This document shows, piece after piece, positions 48,088 through 57,621 of a stretch of DNA of 64,000 bases (position 1 is its first letter; each line of letters begins with the position of its first letter). The stretch is from sequence record PV654397.1; one strand, given 5' to 3'. The notes under the pieces were generated by a model. It had not been told where the DNA came from, did no database searches, and saw nothing but the letters and a program-made list of their open reading frames with translations. The position numbers were made by a program, and so were the translations under genes.

Positions 48088-48411
48088 TTACATGTCTTTC
48101 TTACGTTTTACATCGTGGTAGCGAACTGTTATTTCTTTGTTGATCTCTTCCTCGATGCGGTGAATAACTTTTTCTTTCGGGTTGAAACCTATTACAGTTT
48201 CCTTAATGATTTCTAAACCCGTGTACTCGCCTTGTGTGCCGTAACCGTATGTAAAGGTTTCGTGTCCCAGGTCTTCCCAGCGATCACCAATCAATGCGGA
48301 CACGTAGCAGGAGTGGTAAGTATTGCCGTGGCTATCAGTCCACCGATTAACTTTAATGTCAAAGGAGGTTACAATTTTCAGTTCTACTTTCTGGGTAAGG
48401 ATCATAGCCAT
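48088..48411 (-). CDS. Early-region protein, paralog of 55287-55610
   Basis: Shared RWTDSxGNTYHSCxVS and FTYGY. Confidence 0.8.
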   Translation of the reverse strand: MAMILTQKVELKIVTSFDIKVNRWTDSHGNTYHSCYVSALIGDRWEDLGHETFTYGYGTQGEYTGLEIIKETVIGFNPKEKVIHRIEEEINKEITVRYHDVKRKKDM

Positions 48412-48498
48412 TTTTATTTCTCTCTCTTTGTTAGGAGGGGAACCATTCCCCTCGCTTGATGTAAACTATTATACAGTACTAAGATACTTTGTCAATAC

Positions 48499-48681
48499 TT
48501 ATTTTTTGGAAAGTTTACGCATTAATTCTACGCTTTCTTGTGAACGTTTTGCTACTTGACAAGCTGCATGGGCAGTAAACATTTTTGTATAGTCTGACGC
48601 TTTGCCACCGAACCGAGCGGCACGTTCACGGGCACTTGGAACTAATACGATTTCTTTCTTACAGATAGTGCACTTAGCCAT
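48499..48681 (-). CDS. Small putative Zn-binding protein
   Basis: CTIC...HAAC; start trimmed to MAKC. Confidence 0.65.
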   Translation of the reverse strand: MAKCTICKKEIVLVPSARERAARFGGKASDYTKMFTAHAACQVAKRSQESVELMRKLSKK

Positions 48682-48769
48682 TTTAATTTCTCTCTCTTTG
48701 TTAGGAGGGGAACCGTTTCCCCTCACTTGATGTAAACTATTATACAGTACTAAGATACTTTGTCAATAC

Positions 48770-49045
48770 TTAAGTATTGTAAATGTCGTGAATAGTGATA
48801 AAGTTTTTACGACCGTAAACATGTAAATCAGTATCAATGTAGTGCTTATCAAGTACATCCTCGACGCTTAAAGACGTGTCGTGAATATCTTCATAAAATT
48901 GTGGATCAACAATCGTGCTTAAGTCATCTGGCGTTAACTTATCGTTAAGACATTGAACCGCCTGGATATCTGCTTCACGTTTCCATTGTTCCAGATTAGT
49001 AGTCAGTACTTGCTCGATTTCGTTAGCTGTAAGTAAAGTCCGCAT
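48770..49045 (-). CDS. Early-region hypothetical protein
   Basis: Promoter-driven acidic ORF. Confidence 0.7.
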   Translation of the reverse strand: MRTLLTANEIEQVLTTNLEQWKREADIQAVQCLNDKLTPDDLSTIVDPQFYEDIHDTSLSVEDVLDKHYIDTDLHVYGRKNFITIHDIYNT

Positions 49046-49114
49046 TTTAATGTTTCCTTATCAGTGGTTGATGTAAGTATTATACTCGTTTAATTTCTAT
49101 TGTCAAACTATTTT

Positions 49115-49187
49115 ATCAGGGGAGTTTTTCGTATGTCTTACTCCTGGACTACTTAACGGGGTTACTTATTTCGTTCCCCGTCCTGAT
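49115..49187 (-). ncRNA. Candidate 73-nt three-way-junction small RNA (copy 1)
   Basis: Own TTGCAT-N16-TATAAT promoter; AUCAGG/CCUGAU closing stem, ACGGGG/CCCCGU and GGAGU/ACUCC hairpins; no ORF; second copy at 60606-60680. Confidence 0.55.
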
Positions 49188-49290
49188 GTAAAACATTATA
49201 CTTGATTCTAAGTACAATGCAAGTACTTTTTTAAAAATAGTTTTCAGTACTTGATAGTACTAGCCACCAGCAAACAATAGATACATTTAT

Positions 49291-49352
49291 GCACCCTGTG
49301 GGCTGATTTGTTTCTATGCGTATATAATAGCAAAGGGACTGACCGGAGTCAA
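49291..49352 (-). ncRNA. ORF-less promoter + CCCACAGGGTGC element (copy 3)
   Basis: Same architecture as copy 1. Confidence 0.45.
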
Positions 49353-49516
49353 TCCCTTTTTCAAATATTTTTAAACTTCTTTCGGGTTGCGATATGTGAT
49401 AGCGTTCGGGTACATTTGTTTAATGTTATTCCATGCCTGGTTAACATTATAACCACTTGATCGAATCAGTTGGTTATTACCGACACCTTGAAACACTACT
49501 TCAAATAAGAATTCTT

Positions 49517-49690
49517 TCATGCTTTCACCTCTCGATCTGCTTTGCCTTTACGCCAGGCTGTTGCTAATTGTTCGCGTTGCCATAAGTCGAGTGATACGTA
49601 AAGTTTTGCATTATCACCCTTCGGATATTCGCCAGTAGTACCAATCCGATAAAACAGATCTTTCAGTACTGTTAATTCTACCTGGACCAT
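49517..49690 (-). CDS. Early-region hypothetical protein
   Basis: Start trimmed to MVQVEL. Confidence 0.65.
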   Translation of the reverse strand: MVQVELTVLKDLFYRIGTTGEYPKGDNAKLYVSLDLWQREQLATAWRKGKADREVKA

Positions 49691-49776
49691 TATACTTTCC
49701 TCTTTGTTCGGAGGGGAACTATTCCCCTTCCGATATAAAACATTATACACTTTATTCAGTACTGTGCAAGTACTTT

Positions 49777-49989
49777 TTAATCTTTCAGCCAATGATCCTG
49801 AATGAATTTTTCACCGGAACCTTGCTGCATTGATTGTAACAGACGTTCGCGATGAGCGGCGGCGAATTGCTCAGTACTATGCGTTACACCTGGTTGATAT
49901 CTGGATTCACCATTTGGGGCGATGTATTGTACATCCCACGGTTTTTCGTTAGTATCAGACCATTTACGAACGATTAGTTGACCTTGCAT
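49777..49989 (-). CDS. Early-region hypothetical protein
   Basis: Cassette-driven ORF. Confidence 0.7.
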   Translation of the reverse strand: MQGQLIVRKWSDTNEKPWDVQYIAPNGESRYQPGVTHSTEQFAAAHRERLLQSMQQGSGEKFIQDHWLKD

Positions 49990-50062
49990 TTTTCTTTCCT
50001 CTTAGTGGGGAGAATCATTTCTCCCCTTCATGTAAACTATTATACAGTACTGGATTGCATTG

Positions 50063-50359
50063 TCAATATTTTATTACTTCTTCGTATAATTTATCTAGTA
50101 CTTCGTATATTTCATTTAATGCACTTGATTTAAAAGCTGATAAGCTATACCCTTCATCTTTTAAAAATTTAATAAATTCAGTTGATGACGTGAATCCGAT
50201 CGTTTCATGTGGGAATGAAAAATCAAACGTTCCTTGCATTACGCATTTAAATTCATCAGGTGAAAACGTGTTACCTTTTTCCCGTCGCATAGTGAAAAAT
50301 GTAACACCTGGAATAAACTTAAGCTGTTCCCGTGATTCAACTTCAATAACTGTTTTCAT
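50063..50359 (-). CDS. Early-region hypothetical protein
   Basis: Cassette-driven ORF. Confidence 0.7.
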   Translation of the reverse strand: MKTVIEVESREQLKFIPGVTFFTMRREKGNTFSPDEFKCVMQGTFDFSFPHETIGFTSSTEFIKFLKDEGYSLSAFKSSALNEIYEVLDKLYEEVIKY

Positions 50360-50442
50360 ATATTACCTCTTAGTGGGGAGAATCATTTCTCCCCTTCATG
50401 TAAACTATTATACAGTACTATAATCTATTGTCAAATACTTTT

Positions 50443-50631
50443 TTACAGTTTATGAATTAATTCTTTATCTAAGCGATAGCGTACATTATTAATGGTAACA
50501 GCATTATTTTTAATGCTACGCTGTACGGGTCCACCAGCAATAACAAACGTTGCTTTATTGCCCCGAACAATGATAGCACTTCCAGGATTACCGAAATCAT
50601 CTTGTACTAAAATACTTGATAAGTTTTCCAT
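50443..50631 (-). CDS. Early-region hypothetical protein
   Basis: Cassette-driven ORF. Confidence 0.65.
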   Translation of the reverse strand: MENLSSILVQDDFGNPGSAIIVRGNKATFVIAGGPVQRSIKNNAVTINNVRYRLDKELIHKL

Positions 50632-50711
50632 TTTTTTATTTCCTCTTAGTAGGGGAAGATGTTTCCCCTTGATGCAAGTACTATAACAGTACTGAAAACT
50701 AAATGCAAGTA

Positions 50712-51068
50712 CTATGATAAAATCATGATAGGATATTCACTATCTATCAATACCTCGAATCCGAAACCTTCGTACCATTCTTTAAGATTAAAGGCGTTAT
50801 CTTCTCCCGTATCGCATTCTAAGATGATACAATCTGAATCATCTGCGGCATCAATAAAGGCATTCATTAATTCGTTACCTTCACCATTGCCCCGACTATC
50901 AGGATCAACATAAAGAGAATCAATAAACGCTACACGGTCATAATCAAGATCCGGTGCAATGATTCCACGTTTAACAAACCAGTACTGCAATTGTGCTACT
51001 TTGCCCTGTACCTGATAACCAGTGATCTCGCCATTGTCAGTAGTACGCGTGATATGTTGTATTCCCAT
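50712..51068 (-). CDS. GNAT-family acetyltransferase
   Basis: IDSLYVDPDSRGNGEG acetyl-CoA motif A; LKEWYEGFGFE motif B. Confidence 0.85.
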   Translation of the reverse strand: MGIQHITRTTDNGEITGYQVQGKVAQLQYWFVKRGIIAPDLDYDRVAFIDSLYVDPDSRGNGEGNELMNAFIDAADDSDCIILECDTGEDNAFNLKEWYEGFGFEVLIDSEYPIMILS

Positions 51069-51131
51069 GATTACTATCCTCAGTTAAGATATAAAACATT
51101 ATACACTATCTTTCAGTACTGTCAATACTTT

Positions 51132-51389
51132 TTATCTCATAGATCTATGCCAACAATTACGCGGATCTCTTTTAAAAGTACTATCATGATCCTCCTGGCA
51201 AGTAATACAATACATGCACCCTATAACGGCCTGGCGTCGATTCTCAGGGATTTTATCGCCGCAGTCGAGGCAATGTACTAGTGATTCTCTTTGTGCGTTA
51301 ATTTGCTTTCTAGCGTGGTTAACGGCTGCCTGAATCACTGCATGAATCTCGTCTTGTTCGGCCCCGTCTTTCGCGTATCCTACTGCCAT
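51132..51389 (-). CDS. DksA/TraR C4 zinc-finger protein (YbiI-like)
   Basis: MAVGYAKDGAEQDEI N-terminus; CLDCGDKIPENRRQAVIGCMYCITCQE. Confidence 0.88.
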   Translation of the reverse strand: MAVGYAKDGAEQDEIHAVIQAAVNHARKQINAQRESLVHCLDCGDKIPENRRQAVIGCMYCITCQEDHDSTFKRDPRNCWHRSMR

Positions 51390-51646
51390 TATTTTAACCT
51401 CATTATAAAAATACTATAGTACTGTAATGCTACAATAATACTACTAGTGCTAATCTTATTCAAACCACATGATACTACATATCCCCCAGCATTACCACGG
51501 ATAGTAACGCCTTCGTATTGTCTATATAAATTCAACTGCGTTTATTGCCTTTGATCAAGAATTGATCAGAATTATACGCCTTATGCTAAATTGATCCAGT
51601 ACTTTTTTTGATCATTTATTGATCGATATTATATAGTTACATTTGT

Positions 51647-51715
51647 GCACCCTATGGGTTAGTGACGTTCTCGTCTTGATGTAAGTATTATGCCAGTACT
51701 GGAGGATATTGTCAA
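51647..51715 (-). ncRNA. ORF-less promoter + CTAACCCATAGGGTGC element (copy 4)
   Basis: TTGACA-N17-CATAAT then ACATCAAGACGA..GTCACTAACCCATAGGGTGC. Confidence 0.45.
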
Positions 51716-51719
51716 TAGA

Positions 51720-51923
51720 TTATTTTAATTTTTTTCTGTCATTGATTAATGCTTTCAGTACTATACTAATAACTTGCAATGATTCATCAATGACAATGAA
51801 ATTATTCTCTTTCATTAGATGATAGTTACCATTGATTGTATATTCTAACGAGTACTGTTTACGTTTAATTTTTGATAATGTTTCTATTTGTTTTTGTACT
51901 GATTTCATGCTAATCATTGTCAA
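51720..51923 (-). CDS. Early-region hypothetical protein
   Basis: ORF. Confidence 0.55.
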   Translation of the reverse strand: MTMISMKSVQKQIETLSKIKRKQYSLEYTINGNYHLMKENNFIVIDESLQVISIVLKALINDRKKLK

Positions 51924-52022
51924 ACGTCCTGTAACGCATTCTAACGAGATAAACGGTTTAGTACTGGCATTGTATAGGGTAAATGATTAAAGCCCACCAG
52001 CGTTAACCAGTGGGCTATAATA

Positions 52023-52166
52023 TTACATCTTGCGGATAATCTTAACAGTATCTTTCACCGATTTACCGTTTTGCTGACATTGCTCGATCATCGCGTATTG
52101 TTCTGCGGTCAGATCCTCGCCAGTTTTTGCCAGTACTGCGTCGATGAATGAATCCAGTGCGATCAT
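52023..52166 (-). CDS. 47-aa protein (not in the ORF track)
   Basis: MIALDSFIDAVLAKTGEDLTAEQYAMIEQCQQNGKSVKDTVKIIRKM with own promoter and RBS. Confidence 0.6.
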   Translation of the reverse strand: MIALDSFIDAVLAKTGEDLTAEQYAMIEQCQQNGKSVKDTVKIIRKM

Positions 52167-52256
52167 TTTGTTTCTCTCTTAGGTTAAGTTAACTACTGTT
52201 TATAAAACTTATTATACAGTACTATCAAACGTTGTCAATAGTACTGGTAATATATT

Positions 52257-52436
52257 TTAGCGGTAGTCGTCGTATGCTTTATTCACCTGGCGAATATAAC
52301 TTTCAAAGGCTTCGTCTACCGTTTCATACTCCCGAACATAATCACCATATGAAACTACATACATACCTTTTTGATCTTCAAACGTCATGATGATAGAATC
52401 CAGACCAACGATTTCAGTTTTTGCGATGATAGCCAT
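52257..52436 (-). CDS. 59-aa protein (not in the ORF track)
   Basis: MAIIAKTEIVGLDSII... with own promoter and RBS. Confidence 0.6.
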   Translation of the reverse strand: MAIIAKTEIVGLDSIIMTFEDQKGMYVVSYGDYVREYETVDEAFESYIRQVNKAYDDYR

Positions 52437-52518
52437 TTTTAATTCCTTAATAGTGTAGTTGATAAAAGTTATTATGTCAGTACTATCAAACTATGTCAAT
52501 AGTACTGTGATAATATTT

Positions 52519-52731
52519 TTAGTTAATGATAGTCAGTGTAAAATTGTAATCACCTGCCTGGTATAGTACTTTGTCGCCGAACGTTCCAACACGTTTCATA
52601 TTGCAATAGATACCCATAACACTTTTTACATCTTTGATATTCCGAACGCCAGTAATATCCTTGTTTAAATGATCGTGATCAGAAAATAAAACTTGTTTTG
52701 CATTTTTCAGTACAGTGCAGATATTAGCCAT
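52519..52731 (-). CDS. Early-region hypothetical protein
   Basis: Cassette-driven ORF. Confidence 0.7.
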   Translation of the reverse strand: MANICTVLKNAKQVLFSDHDHLNKDITGVRNIKDVKSVMGIYCNMKRVGTFGDKVLYQAGDYNFTLTIIN

Positions 52732-52826
52732 TTTGTTTTCTCTCTGTTAGTGGGGAGAATCATTTTCTCCCCTTGATGTAACTTATTATACAGTACTATA
52801 ATCTATTGTCAAACTATTTTTTTATA

Positions 52827-53168
52827 TTATTCGAAATCTTCTGGACCGGACTGATAATCATCTTCACCGTATGCACTTTCTAACCGCTCGCCAGTGTGAT
52901 CATCAGTTAGTGAGTCATCCTCATAGTTCACGTCTACGCCAGTGATGTAAAACTGGCTATCGTCTGGATCATTGAAATTAATTTTTTGGATGTTTACAAT
53001 AACTGTATTGATACCCAGGACACCGCCATCAGCCGTTACAAAGTACTGATAGTTTTCGCAACCGCCTGAATTGAAACCGTAATTAATTTCGGCCCGACCA
53101 TCATTTAAACGCAGTGCCTGAGCGATGATTTCATTTTCAAAGTTAGATTGAGCAATTGAGATAGTCAT
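52827..53168 (-). CDS. Acidic early-region protein
   Basis: Cassette-driven; VNYEDDSLTDDHTGERLESAYGEDD. Confidence 0.75.
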   Translation of the reverse strand: MTISIAQSNFENEIIAQALRLNDGRAEINYGFNSGGCENYQYFVTADGGVLGINTVIVNIQKINFNDPDDSQFYITGVDVNYEDDSLTDDHTGERLESAYGEDDYQSGPEDFE

Positions 53169-53302
53169 GATTCGTTTCCTTATTACCAGGGGAAACCGTT
53201 TCCCCTTTCGATGTAAAACATTATACGCTTATTGAGATAGTTTGCAAGTACTTTTTAAAAATAGTTTTCAGTACTCAAACATTATATAATAGATACACTT
53301 AT

Positions 53303-53369
53303 GCACCCTGTGGGCTAGTGAGCTATCTCTCAATGAATATATAATAGCAAAATGGCTGACCGGAGTCAA
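53303..53369 (-). ncRNA. ORF-less promoter + CTAGCCCACAGGGTGC element (copy 5)
   Basis: TTGACT-N17-TATTAT. Confidence 0.45.
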
Positions 53370-53608
53370 CCACTTTTTTCATTTATTTTTAGCTTTTAGA
53401 ATCGCCGCCTTTCGCGTCATGCCTTGCTTGATGTATTCCTGTACTTTCGCTTTACGTGCATTCGCTTTATTTGCTTTCGTAAACGCCGAACAACTTTTAT
53501 AGTTTAAACCTGTTGGATTCATTTAAATCACCATAAAGAATAGATAGGTTACTAACAACGCCGCGATCAATGCACCGACCAGGGCCGAACTATAGTAAGC
53601 TAATGTTT

Positions 53609-53761
53609 TCATTTTTTAGCCTGAAAGTAATGTTTAATTTGTGCGGCGGTCAGTGCACAATTACGCAGGAAGTTTTCTGTATAACTTTTGCGAGTACTGA
53701 AAGAGAATTGACCTTTGCCGTTGCCGATAGTAACATCAAACCGAGCGTTGTATTGTTTCAT
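53609..53761 (-). CDS. Early-region hypothetical protein
   Basis: Start trimmed to MKQYN. Confidence 0.6.
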   Translation of the reverse strand: MKQYNARFDVTIGNGKGQFSFSTRKSYTENFLRNCALTAAQIKHYFQAKK

Positions 53762-53847
53762 TTTGTTTCTCCTGTTATTGGGGAGAATCATTTCTCCCCT
53801 CTATGTAAAACATTATACGCGTTTAAAAACTAATTGCAAGTATTATT

Positions 53848-54099
53848 TTAAACGTTGTATTTTAAACTTTGTGCGACTAATTTCGCACGGTCAATCATAT
53901 TCTGCCATTTTTGGATCTCTTCTGGTAGAAAACGATATTCACCAATTACAATAGTGATACACTGGTCAGCCTTGTCGATGTATGTGGTATCAATCTCTAC
54001 TTGAACGGGTACACGTTCGCCGTACTCAGTCCCTGGGATAATGCAATCATTATCATAAGTTACAGTAGTAGCAGTGTCTTTGATTAAAATTGTTTCCAT
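53848..54099 (-). CDS. Early-region hypothetical protein
   Basis: Cassette-driven ORF. Confidence 0.7.
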   Translation of the reverse strand: METILIKDTATTVTYDNDCIIPGTEYGERVPVQVEIDTTYIDKADQCITIVIGEYRFLPEEIQKWQNMIDRAKLVAQSLKYNV

Positions 54100-54397
54100 T
54101 ATACTTTCCTCGTTAGGTGTAAGGGGAACGTTTTCCCCTTCATGTAAACTATTATACAGTACTAAAAACTAATTGCAAGTACTATTTTTTAGATTTACGC
54201 AAACTTTCTACCATCTCAGGAGTAAGGCCCGGCGGGTAGGAAACTACTTCATCAACGAAACGTAAAGGGAATACCCCAGCGAAAGGTGAACGTGCTTTCT
54301 TAGTATTACTCTTTTTTGATGCTTTCATTTCATATTCCTTAATTAGTGGGGAGAATCATTTCTCCCCTTCATGTAAAACATTATACGCGTTTAAAAA

Positions 54398-54607
54398 CTA
54401 ATTGCAAGTACTATTTGAAAGTAAATGCTCATACGCTACATTAACTACGTTTTCAATAACCGACTGTACAGAAAGATCCCCCACGTCCTGGCTATAGTAG
54501 AAATCGCTTACAGTGGTGTCATCGTATGCAAATACTTTACCAGGTACTGCATCAATCACATACATATTAACCTTTAAGATGTCGATCTTATCCTGTACAG
54601 TAAGCAT
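54398..54607 (-). CDS. Early-region hypothetical protein
   Basis: ORF. Confidence 0.6.
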   Translation of the reverse strand: MLTVQDKIDILKVNMYVIDAVPGKVFAYDDTTVSDFYYSQDVGDLSVQSVIENVVNVAYEHLLSNSTCN

Positions 54608-54612
54608 ATTAA

Positions 54613-54885
54613 TTAACCTTTTAAGTACTGGCTTAAGTAGTCTTGTTGATCTTCGGTGATTGCAGCCATCTTCCCTAGTACTGGATTAATGATATAATCC
54701 CCTGTAACGTCCTGTAACGCATTCTCAGGCGGTTTAACGGCTGGGGTAGCCATAGCCATTGCCTGGACTTGTTCGACGCTGTAACGCTCATAAAGGCGGC
54801 ATTCTTCCGGTGTTAACATAGCATCAATGCGTTTCATCGGTTTAATGATGCTTTCGATCTCATTCAGTACTTGATTAACGTTCAT
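54613..54885 (-). CDS. Early-region hypothetical protein
   Basis: ORF. Confidence 0.6.
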   Translation of the reverse strand: MNVNQVLNEIESIIKPMKRIDAMLTPEECRLYERYSVEQVQAMAMATPAVKPPENALQDVTGDYIINPVLGKMAAITEDQQDYLSQYLKG

Positions 54886-54936
54886 GGTATAATCCCCAAT
54901 ATAAGCGGCCTAAATCGACCGCTAACGATGTTTTGA

Positions 54937-55206
54937 TTAATAGGTGTATGGTTGACGTTCAAACAATGATTGCACGTTGTACGCCCCACTAATGGGCTTT
55001 GCTGGCAAATCGATTTTATATTGTTCACGCTTAAAGATAATAAAACGGCAATTGTTTTTAACATCAAAATTGATTGAACGTTCCAGGAGTTTACCATCGT
55101 GCACAAATACAAGATAACCGCTCGCTACTTGTTTTGTAGTACTGGTTGCAACCATAGACCGACGAACATGAGTACCTGCATCGATTAAAGTACTGATATT
55201 TTTCAT
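54937..55206 (-). CDS. Early-region hypothetical protein
   Basis: ORF with GAGGA RBS. Confidence 0.65.
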   Translation of the reverse strand: MKNISTLIDAGTHVRRSMVATSTTKQVASGYLVFVHDGKLLERSINFDVKNNCRFIIFKREQYKIDLPAKPISGAYNVQSLFERQPYTY

Positions 55207-55286
55207 TATACGATCCTCTTAAGTTAATTTAATTTCTTTCCCCTATGCAGACACTATATCAAAGTATCTGCATAAAGTAAAGCTAA

Positions 55287-55610
55287 TTAAAGATCTTTTT
55301 TGCGTTTAACATTCTGTACAGTACAATGCAACGGGATATTAAGATCATTGCACAAACGAGTAAGGGAGGTTTCATCAGTATTAAGCCCGTCTACTGATTC
55401 CTTTAAGAGAGATAACGCCGTTTGTTGATATGCATCTTCATAGCCATAAGTAAATGATTCAACCGCCAGATCATTCAAACCGTTATCCAGTTCGACGCTT
55501 ACATGACAAGAATGATAAGTATTGCCATATGAATCAGTCCAACGTTTACCGTCAACATTGATTGCACGGATTGCAGCCAGGGAAACGGTGTTAATGATAG
55601 TTTTAGCCAT
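55287..55610 (-). CDS. Early-region protein, paralog of 48088-48411
   Basis: RWTDSYGNTYHSCHVS. Confidence 0.8.
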   Translation of the reverse strand: MAKTIINTVSLAAIRAINVDGKRWTDSYGNTYHSCHVSVELDNGLNDLAVESFTYGYEDAYQQTALSLLKESVDGLNTDETSLTRLCNDLNIPLHCTVQNVKRKKDL

Positions 55611-55928
55611 TTTTGTATTCCTTAAATTAATATGTTGTCTTGATAAAATCTATTATGCCAGTACTATCAAACTATGTCAATAGTACTGTGATAATATTTT
55701 TACTTACTTTTTTCTTTCTTTATTGCTTCCACCTGGTCGGCCCATTCTTTACCCCATACTTGTAAATTATAATGGTACTGGCAAAGAGCAACTCCCCGCT
55801 TTAAACCCGTAATAGATTTCTGACCACATTGACAAGTTTTCATTTTAGTTTCCTTGTAGTGGGGAGAACCATTTCTCCCCTTGATGTAATGTATTATACT
55901 TTATTCGATTTACTTTGCAAGTACTTTT

Positions 55929-56156
55929 TTAATTTAATTCATCCAGGCAAAGGATACGCTCAACGCCCAAATCAGTTAAACTAATCGACGGCACTTGATA
56001 GGTTTCAATGTATGCTACACTTGCCCACTGACCGAACTCATTAACGGCCCAGGTATTCATTGCATTTTGCAATTCCGCACCTTCCTTGTTGGTAATGACT
56101 GCAACTACTTGTTCGTTGCCAGTAGTACCAGATACGCGAGTAATGATAATAGCCAT
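55929..56156 (-). CDS. Early-region hypothetical protein
   Basis: Promoter-driven ORF. Confidence 0.7.
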   Translation of the reverse strand: MAIIITRVSGTTGNEQVVAVITNKEGAELQNAMNTWAVNEFGQWASVAYIETYQVPSISLTDLGVERILCLDELN

Positions 56157-56605
56157 TTTTTAATTCCTATTCAGTAGTTGATGTATGTATTATGCCAGTA
56201 CTTAAAACTATTGTCAAACTATTTTTTAAAGTTTATCAATGATTGATGCCGTTTCATTGATAGTCTTGCCGTGTTTTGCACACGCGATAACTGCTTTAAA
56301 TTCCTTTGATGACCAATCTTTCTTACTGCATACTGACATTACTTGTAAAGTAAAACAATCCAGGTCATAAGTATTCATCTTTATATCCTCAGTTAGTTAA
56401 GGTGTCTTGCCTTGATGTAATTAATTATACGCTAATCTCTTAATCGTGCAAGTACTTTTTATTACTTTTTGCAAAATACTTTAAACGCTCTCAATCGCAT
56501 TACAACGACCTTAACGCCACCAGCTAGGGCAATGCATCAGATAATCAGTTTAATGCGTTAGAATCGTTTCTAGGCGGTGCTGGTGGCCTGGTAAACGATA
56601 AACAC

Positions 56606-56632
56606 AAAAAAGCCCACCGTTTAAGGTGGGCT
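56606..56632 (-). terminator. Rho-independent terminator
   Basis: AGCCCACC-N6-GGTGGGCT plus T6. Confidence 0.8.
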
Positions 56633-56653
56633 AGTGATTCAGTACTTTAATTG

Positions 56654-57136
56654 TTATGCTTCAACTTTGCGATGAGCTTCGATCCATTCCTCGCGAGTCA
56701 TACCACTGGAGTTAATCGCGTCCAGTACTACCGCAATGCAGTTACCACGCACCGGAATCAGATATTCTTCCCCGTTGTCCAGTACTACCGCTACGCGTTC
56801 CTGAATCCATTTTTTGGCTTTTACTTCTGGCTTGTCTTCCCCATACTTAACCGCCAGGGCTTTTTGTGCCATCTCTGTAACTACTTCCAGATCCAATCCA
56901 ACTACTGCCGCCTGGATACTTTCAATTGTTGCTTGTAGTTCTGCTTCACGGGCCGCCTTTGCCGCTTCAATTTCTGCCGCTTTATTTGCTTGTAGTTCTT
57001 TCGCAGTACTGTACGCGATGTTAAAATTATTGCGTACCGCTTTCATGGTATCGTTATCCAGTTCAGCCAGGATCTCAGCCGCGACGTTAGTTTCATTTGC
57101 TACCAGTGCTTTGATGAATGATTTTACATTAGCCAT
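56654..57136 (-). CDS. Divergent H-NS/StpA-like protein
   Basis: Ala/Glu coiled coil, then VLDNGEEYLIPVRGNCIAVVLDAINSSGMTREEWI aligning by eye with H-NS [35 protein letters not shown]. Confidence 0.6.
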   Translation of the reverse strand: MANVKSFIKALVANETNVAAEILAELDNDTMKAVRNNFNIAYSTAKELQANKAAEIEAAKAAREAELQATIESIQAAVVGLDLEVVTEMAQKALAVKYGEDKPEVKAKKWIQERVAVVLDNGEEYLIPVRGNCIAVVLDAINSSGMTREEWIEAHRKVEA

Positions 57137-57341
57137 TTTATAAATCCTCAATTAAAGTTTAGTTTACGTTTATTAGTGTATCAAAGTTTTCTCGACGTGT
57201 CCAGTTTTTCGTTCGACTTACTGGCGGTCTACTTAGTGCTCCCCGTCTTGATGTAATACATTCTACGCTTTTCTGTGGTAATGTCAACTACTTTCTTAAA
57301 ACTATTTTCAAAGTATCTCAGTACTACGATACTACAAAAAC

Positions 57342-57363
57342 AAAAAAGCCCACCAGGTGGGCT
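57342..57363 (-). terminator. Rho-independent terminator
   Basis: AGCCCACCAGGTGGGCT palindrome plus T6. Confidence 0.7.
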
Positions 57364-57369
57364 ATGTAC

Positions 57370-57600
57370 TTAATCAGTGAGTAAAATATTAAACACTTTA
57401 CCATTTAACGTTATTGGTGCACTGCTACCAGGCTCAAGATCCGTTAATATACCTGCAATCGCTTTATCATTGGCGACCTTTCCAGTGTCCAACAGTACTA
57501 CAGTACTGATAAGATTAACGCTCGTTTCAATATCATAATGCACGGCGTTAAGTAGTTGTGTAGTACTGCTTTCGTTAAGTAAAACAATTCGCTTAGTCAT
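57370..57600 (-). CDS. Early-region hypothetical protein
   Basis: ORF. Confidence 0.65.
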   Translation of the reverse strand: MTKRIVLLNESSTTQLLNAVHYDIETSVNLISTVVLLDTGKVANDKAIAGILTDLEPGSSAPITLNGKVFNILLTD

Positions 57601-57621
57601 GATGTTACCCCGTAGTATCTA

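Noticed and set aside
49115-49187. tRNA gene or hammerhead ribozyme
   Set aside because: It is tRNA-sized but has only two internal hairpins, no TTC T-loop, no anticodon arm and no CCA; the hammerhead core CUGANGA is absent
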